A stretch of 64,000 bases of DNA from Candidatus Hodarchaeota archaeon (lineage in GTDB: Archaea; Asgardarchaeota; Heimdallarchaeia; Hodarchaeales; Hodarchaeaceae): NCBI GenBank assembly GCA_016839785.1, contig JAEOTQ010000177.1:46132-110131 (forward strand), written 5' to 3'. Below are positions 58,960 to 64,000 of the stretch, in pieces. The notes below the pieces were generated by a model, which worked only from the letters and a program-made list of their open reading frames with translations, did no database searches and had not been told where the DNA came from. The translations under genes were made by a program, and so were the position numbers. How positions within the stretch are numbered: the stretch's first letter is position 1; each line of letters opens with the position of its first letter.

Positions 58960-61005
58960 TCATTTTTGTTTTCTTTTTGATTTTAATCCATAAATAGTCA
59001 TAATTGCCATTATTACAAGCGGTAGCTCAAATGAGGGAATAGAACCCCCTCCTACTTCGACTGATTTTAGCTGAGTACTTTCCCCTGTCTCTACAAGTGC
59101 AAAATATTGATGATACTCAATTACTGTCGTTACCCATGCGTGTAGGACCTGATTATAGATAGTTTCGACTTCAGACCAATCTTGTGACTGATCATCCCAC
59201 ACAACCCATTGTTTCACTTGGAAATCTTGATTGTTATTCACAAGAGGCTCTGGTAGAAGATATGTGAAAGAGAGATAGATTATATCTTCAGGAACTTCAC
59301 ATTGGAATTCTATTCCAAATTGCATTTCTGTGGATAAAGATGGAGATTCGACTAGTGGTAGTTGGGAAATATTGAATGATTGATCGGTTTCAGAAACAAT
59401 GATAAATGAAAACCATAGGATGCCGTTTTCATCAACAAAATCATACGCTTTCGCTTGTTCAGCTTCAAGATGCCAATTCCAATTGAAAGAGCTAGAATAA
59501 ATAGAAAATATTAAGGAATTAGTGAGGGAGTTTCCGGCTTCGTCTTCTAGAGTTATTTCTAGTTCATAAGTCCCATTCTCAAGATCGTTGAAAGTCAAAG
59601 TAGAATTTTCATCAGCTTCAACAACTAAAAAGCTTTGTAGACCCTGGTTAAGAGAATATGAGAAATTTACATCCTCGGAAGTGGAAAAAGATATACTTAT
59701 CTCACCCTTTAGGACAGAATTGTTTACAAAATCATATATAATTACCTCAGGAGGAGAATTATCAATGGTAAATAGATAGGTGCTTCTTATCCAATCTGCC
59801 GTTATATTACTCTTGATATAAACTTGTAAGGTTCTAACAGTCTCTACTTCTGGAGAGGGAACGTAAATAACAGTATTATTACTGCTCATCGTGAAACTAA
59901 CATTCACAGGATTATAATTCCAGTTATATGTAAACGTACCATTGCCTGATATGATGGTAAAATTTAATTCTTTTGAACCTTGTATCCTGCTATTATTTTG
60001 GGGATCATTCAGAATTATACCTGGTAAAGAGTTATCGGTGCTATAGAGAAGTGAATAAGAGGAAGAATAACCGATCGAGTCTGTTGCTGTTATTGATAAA
60101 TTATGTAAACCGTCCACAGAAGGAATTGGGGTCTGAAAATCAGAGGAGGTGAGAAGTGTATCTGTTTCATCATCCCATTTATATCGTAACTGCTGAATAC
60201 CATAAGGAGAAGTAAAGGAAACTGAAATTAGTGATCCGGAGGCTAGTATGGAAGTATTTGTAGGGGAAAGAACATCTAGTGTAGGACCTACATAATCACC
60301 AGGAAGTGTAGCCAGCTCTGCAAATGTGAGATTATACCAAATATCTCCGATAAACTCCAAATACGTACATAAGACCATTCCTGTGTTTCTCTCATACAGA
60401 GCAAAATTTGGAAAACCTGGAATATCAATTGTAAGATTCCACGCTTCAAATGTACCTACTCCACTCATAGTTAAATTAGCTAAACCAGTAATTCTTGCGT
60501 CACGATAACCGTACCCTTGAATATAGACAGAATAGATATAGTCAATAGTAAAATCTGTAGGATCTATCCAAAAGTCAAACGATTCATCCTCCTGTTCTTC
60601 CCAATTCCAATATCCTGAAGTTGAATAGGAATGATTCACACTATCACGGGAGATTACCGAATCAAAGGGTGAGGCGATTGCACTTGTATTAGCATAATTT
60701 GAACGAGTGAACCAATGAGTACTATTCAAGGATAGAACAGATGTACTGAAGGTATTAACTTGACCCTGGCCAGTAATATACTGGGAAACTGATAAATTTG
60801 TAGTAGGCAAAATCGTATCTTCAAGTTGTACCCTGCCTTCCGTTCTTGAGATTCGTGAAGAAATTTCTCTCTCTGTTACGGACATTTGGGAGAAATAACC
60901 CTGTTGGTTCTCTATTGCTTCAATCGGGTATGTCATCGAAAAACAGAGGAAAATTAAAATCGTGTAGTTTATCGTGAAGATCATAGATAACCTGAGATTT
61001 TTCAT
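58960..61005 (-). CDS. Cell-surface glycoprotein with Ig-like repeats and PGF-like C-terminal sorting signal
   Basis: Signal peptide; repeats such as DGLHNLSITATDSIG, DNSLP, DNSPP, NGTYELEITLEDEAGN; many sequons; C-terminal IPSFE-TM-KSKRKQK. Confidence 0.8.
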   Translation of the reverse strand: MKNLRLSMIFTINYTILIFLCFSMTYPIEAIENQQGYFSQMSVTEREISSRISRTEGRVQLEDTILPTTNLSVSQYITGQGQVNTFSTSVLSLNSTHWFTRSNYANTSAIASPFDSVISRDSVNHSYSTSGYWNWEEQEDESFDFWIDPTDFTIDYIYSVYIQGYGYRDARITGLANLTMSGVGTFEAWNLTIDIPGFPNFALYERNTGMVLCTYLEFIGDIWYNLTFAELATLPGDYVGPTLDVLSPTNTSILASGSLISVSFTSPYGIQQLRYKWDDETDTLLTSSDFQTPIPSVDGLHNLSITATDSIGYSSSYSLLYSTDNSLPGIILNDPQNNSRIQGSKELNFTIISGNGTFTYNWNYNPVNVSFTMSSNNTVIYVPSPEVETVRTLQVYIKSNITADWIRSTYLFTIDNSPPEVIIYDFVNNSVLKGEISISFSTSEDVNFSYSLNQGLQSFLVVEADENSTLTFNDLENGTYELEITLEDEAGNSLTNSLIFSIYSSSFNWNWHLEAEQAKAYDFVDENGILWFSFIIVSETDQSFNISQLPLVESPSLSTEMQFGIEFQCEVPEDIIYLSFTYLLPEPLVNNNQDFQVKQWVVWDDQSQDWSEVETIYNQVLHAWVTTVIEYHQYFALVETGESTQLKSVEVGGGSIPSFELPLVIMAIMTIYGLKSKRKQK

Positions 61006-61077
61006 TTAATCACCGAATAGCTCAAATAACTGGGAGAAAGGACGATAAAAAAATATGCGGATTTTATTAAAAATCCC

Positions 61078-61094
61078 TGTGCACAGTGTATACA
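61078..61094. promoter_or_regulatory. Tandem 8-bp palindromes, candidate RHH operator
   Basis: TGTGCACA-G-TGTATACA just downstream of a TATA-like TTTATTAA and about 35 nt upstream of the RHH gene. Confidence 0.5.
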
Positions 61095-61128
61095 CCACTA
61101 TTTATGTTATCGGTAGGTAGAATTCCAA

Positions 61129-61305
61129 TTGAAGACTTCAACTATTACAATTCGACTTCCCTTAGAAGTACTCCATGAGATCGATCATTTGGCAAAACTG
61201 ACTAAGTTACGACCTTCGGTCCTCTGTTCCTATGTACTGCAAGAAAAAACGCATGAATGGGTAAAAGAGTATGGAGAAAAAATAATGGAGGAATATGGTG
61301 ACTAA
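61129..61305 (+). CDS. Ribbon-helix-helix (CopG-like) protein, 58 aa, absent from the ORF track
   Basis: TTG start; MKTSTITIRLPLEVLHEIDHLAKLTKLRPSVLCSYVLQEKTHEWVKEYGEKIMEEYGD*; stop lies 2 nt before the next ATG. Confidence 0.75.
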   Translation: MKTSTITIRLPLEVLHEIDHLAKLTKLRPSVLCSYVLQEKTHEWVKEYGEKIMEEYGD

Positions 61306-61307
61306 TT

Positions 61308-62057
61308 ATGATAGAATTACTCTTTAAAATCAGTACTTTTGCTTCTCTACTCATTTTTGTAGTCATCTTTTTAGTTGGAGGTATCAAATTCTTTAAAATA
61401 TGGTTAACCCTTAGAGAAGAATCTTTATTTCACCTCGCTATGATATGCTTCGGTCTATTAGCATATCTACTTTTTGTCAATTGGATGGTACTCATTATGG
61501 AAGACAACGAGATGGTGGAATTTATGATTAAACATCTTCTCGGTCTTATGTTTACCCCATTATATCTTGAAGTTAGTCTATATTATCTTACAACTTATAT
61601 TAATCGACGAAATTTGTGGGAAAAATATTTTCCATTCCTGTTTGGGATTATGGTTGGAGTTTCATTCCTACTTCTCACTTTACCTGAATCAGATCCATAT
61701 TTTGGAATTTTGTCTTCAATTGCCTATGGTGTCCCAGTTTTACTTACGAGTATTTTGTTAATACGAATCTGTTTACGAAACTATAATGTCTTTAAAGAAT
61801 CGGAATTAGCAGAAAAAGATAGAAATTTCATTCTTGCTTTTACACTATTAACCATCATCATGTTCTTTGGATCGTTATTTGATATTTCATTTTTCATAAT
61901 AATTGCGATTACTGGGATTGAGCTCTGGCCCCTAATAATTCCAGTAACGGGTACTTTGGGTCCGATTATGGTAATCATTGCAGTTTATTATTTTAGAAGA
62001 ATTCTCAGGATGATTGATGACGCCGATATTCTGTATATTATGAATATTCTAAGTTGA
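61308..62057 (+). CDS. Hypothetical 7-TM membrane protein
   Basis: Seven hydrophobic segments; GGTGA upstream of the ATG. Confidence 0.7.
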   Translation: MIELLFKISTFASLLIFVVIFLVGGIKFFKIWLTLREESLFHLAMICFGLLAYLLFVNWMVLIMEDNEMVEFMIKHLLGLMFTPLYLEVSLYYLTTYINRRNLWEKYFPFLFGIMVGVSFLLLTLPESDPYFGILSSIAYGVPVLLTSILLIRICLRNYNVFKESELAEKDRNFILAFTLLTIIMFFGSLFDISFFIIIAITGIELWPLIIPVTGTLGPIMVIIAVYYFRRILRMIDDADILYIMNILS

Positions 62058-62084
62058 TCGAAAATTACTCTTAACATGATCCCT

Positions 62085-62291
62085 CTACAGTATCTTTCCT
62101 TTATTTGCTTGCATTGGGGGACATTTTACATCCCCGAATGAACAAAACACACAGCAATCCCCGATATTCGGTGTGAAAGTAGAGTGGCATTCAGGACAAT
62201 CATAAACTAACTGACATGAATTTTTAGGCATTGTTACCAAATTCTCATAACCGCAGGTAGGACATGTTACAGTTGAGTTTAAGAGGGACAT
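62085..62291 (-). CDS. GDCCVxC domain-containing Cys-rich protein
   Basis: CPTCG...MPKNSC...YDCPEC...GDCCVFCSFGDVKCPP. Confidence 0.9.
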   Translation of the reverse strand: MSLLNSTVTCPTCGYENLVTMPKNSCQLVYDCPECHSTFTPNIGDCCVFCSFGDVKCPPMQANKGKIL

Positions 62292-62356
62292 AGAATCTCA
62301 ATTCAGTTAATTATCAATCAATTCTTAAGTGGATATATTCGAAATACAAGAGCTTG

Positions 62357-63556
62357 TCATAAATCCTTGCTTGCTGCAATCCTCTCCTTTATTGGAGGAT
62401 GGGACATGAAGAAATATTTTTCCCACCTGGGAGGATCGATATCTGAAAGATTTTGATCAGCCATCTTCATGAATAAACTAGTTACAATAGTAGAATTGTT
62501 AATATAAGAGGATGCAAACGAATCAGCTTCAGCTTCCCGGTTTCGTGAATAAGCAAGTGAGGGAACGTTAAACAGAATCGAATTTATTACTAAAAAAATA
62601 AATCCAAGGACAGGCAAGCTACCTATCGTAGTAATGTTCCCTGGATATCCTAAGAAATCAGCAATAGGAGTGAATAAGAAATGAGTAAGAAAAAACATGA
62701 AGACAGTGGTGAATATACTTATAATCATTTGCCTCCATAGATCACGATGCTTAAAATGGGCTATTTCATGTAATAATACCCATTTTATTTCTTCAGGTAT
62801 ATATTTTTCCAGCATAGTGTCAGCTATAACGATTCGGCGTGTTGAACCAAACCCCATTAATCCCGCATTCCCCACAGTTGCTATTTCACCTAAATGCCAG
62901 TTTAATACTTTTGTCGTTTTCACCCCTAACGTTTTGGCCATTTGGATAACTTCAGCTGCTAATTCGGGATGTGTAGTATCTAATGCTGAGAATTTATAGA
63001 AACGGGGGAGGATAAGTATTGGAACTAAGCTTCCCAAGATTAATGAAACTAAAATAAGTGCAATGGTTCCAATAATCCACCAAGTATCGGGAAAGGCCCT
63101 TAAAATCCAATAAAATCCTTCCAACAGAATAATTCCTATTAGAATGCTGAAAAGATCTCCTTTAAGATGACGCTTTAGCCAAAGTCGAGTTGACATCGTC
63201 ACTAGTCCATACTTCCGAGAGTATCGGGTGAAGGTATAATATGCAATGGGGAGTTCCACAATTGTAATGATGATAAATGAAATAAGGAAAAAGAGTCCAA
63301 CAACAATGAATGGATTATCTGAAACGTTAATACTGATGGTTTGTTCAATTTCGACCGTAATCTTGGAGAGTAAAATTATAATTGAGACAAAAAAGGATAC
63401 AACTGTCATTTTGAAGCCAAAACGCCGGGAAGCACGAGTATAAGATAAGGCTAGGTCTCTTCGCTCTTTATCAAACTCAGTTATCAGTTGAGGAGGGGGT
63501 ATTACAACTTTAGATCCTTCATTTTCACCTGTTAACTCTGTGTCATCTTCTATCAT
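62357..63556 (-). CDS. M48 family Ste24-like zinc metalloprotease
   Basis: NAGLMGFGSTRRIVIADT, HEIAH, EAEAD, SHPPIKERI. Confidence 0.93.
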   Translation of the reverse strand: MIEDDTELTGENEGSKVVIPPPQLITEFDKERRDLALSYTRASRRFGFKMTVVSFFVSIIILLSKITVEIEQTISINVSDNPFIVVGLFFLISFIIITIVELPIAYYTFTRYSRKYGLVTMSTRLWLKRHLKGDLFSILIGIILLEGFYWILRAFPDTWWIIGTIALILVSLILGSLVPILILPRFYKFSALDTTHPELAAEVIQMAKTLGVKTTKVLNWHLGEIATVGNAGLMGFGSTRRIVIADTMLEKYIPEEIKWVLLHEIAHFKHRDLWRQMIISIFTTVFMFFLTHFLFTPIADFLGYPGNITTIGSLPVLGFIFLVINSILFNVPSLAYSRNREAEADSFASSYINNSTIVTSLFMKMADQNLSDIDPPRWEKYFFMSHPPIKERIAASKDL

Positions 63557-63847
63557 TATGATTCCTTCGTTTTTGAACCTAATAAATTAAATTTGATATT
63601 ATACTCACATCACATTTATTACATCTTGTATCTGATCACTTCCAACTAGTTGAGATATTACTCCAATCATTAAAGTCAAATGGGTTGTATATCAATGTAG
63701 AGGCTTATGTAAATTATCATGAGACAATTCCATTCAAACTCTTCTATGAAAAATTAGTGGAGCTACAAGTCATCTAACCATCTTTACCAATCCCAAGGAT
63801 TAACAATTTCATCTCTGACAAAAGAATCGTTTGAATTTTCATTCAGT

Positions 63848-64000
63848 TCAGCTTTCTGTATGCATTTCCTTCCTTGGATAGAGAAAAGTCTTTTCAAAGA
63901 GTGTATATACAATTGCAAGGTATATCATGATAATATATATCACCAAAAACCAATCTAAAATATTTAGAATGATTATAGTCCAGATAATGTATACATGACC
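63848..64000 (-). CDS. 3' end of a membrane protein that starts beyond the window
   Basis: Open frame GHVYIIWTIIILNILDWFLVIYIIMIYLAIVYTLFEKTFLYPRKEMHTES*. Confidence 0.45.
   Translation of the reverse strand, partial: GHVYIIWTIIILNILDWFLVIYIIMIYLAIVYTLFEKTFLYPRKEMHTES

Noticed and set aside
61308-62057. 7-TM protein as a microbial rhodopsin.
   Set aside because: No retinal-binding Lys in helix 7 and no helix-3 RYxxW-like motif.
62085-62291. GDCCVxC protein as a selenoprotein.
   Set aside because: All motif positions are Cys codons and there is no in-frame TGA.
1-64000. Many short antisense or nested ORFs in the track (e.g. 1250, 4844, 12519, 19068, 20435, 27370, 41712, 56323, 62697).
   Set aside because: They lie within well-supported genes and carry no recognisable motifs; shadow ORFs.
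1-64000. CRISPR arrays, tRNA/rRNA genes, IS elements and integrases.
   Set aside because: No regularly spaced repeats, no GC-rich cloverleaf or rRNA-like tracts and no recombinase/transposase motifs were seen by eye; a tRNAscan/Infernal run would be needed to exclude them.

Overview
AT-rich, gene-dense chromosomal segment, most likely from an Asgard archaeon (Heimdallarchaeia-like; inferred from a Rab-like GTPase, roadblock-domain proteins, oligo-T terminators, a PGF-like C-terminal sorting signal and several FtsX/MacB-type ABC systems). About 60 CDS; no rRNA, tRNA, CRISPR array, integrase or transposase was recognised. Main points of interest: (1) a ~3.9 kb cassette (26321-30218) between two diverged ~460 bp direct repeats, carrying a corrinoid protein and a full-length MtmB-family methyltransferase with Lys (AAG) at the pyrrolysine position; (2) a roadblock protein paired with a tandem-roadblock/PCI-like winged-helix/coiled-coil/Zn-finger protein; (3) GcvPA/GcvPB paralogues with altered active-site motifs, clustered with two SDRs and an ATP-NAD-kinase-family gene but no GcvH/T; (4) an RHH gene missed by the ORF track, with tandem palindromes upstream and a 7-TM gene downstream; (5) orphan defence- or machine-like genes (type III Mod, PD-(D/E)XK nuclease, eCIS-type AAA ATPase). 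All family calls are by-eye motif recognition and comparison with remembered reference sequences; no searches were run.
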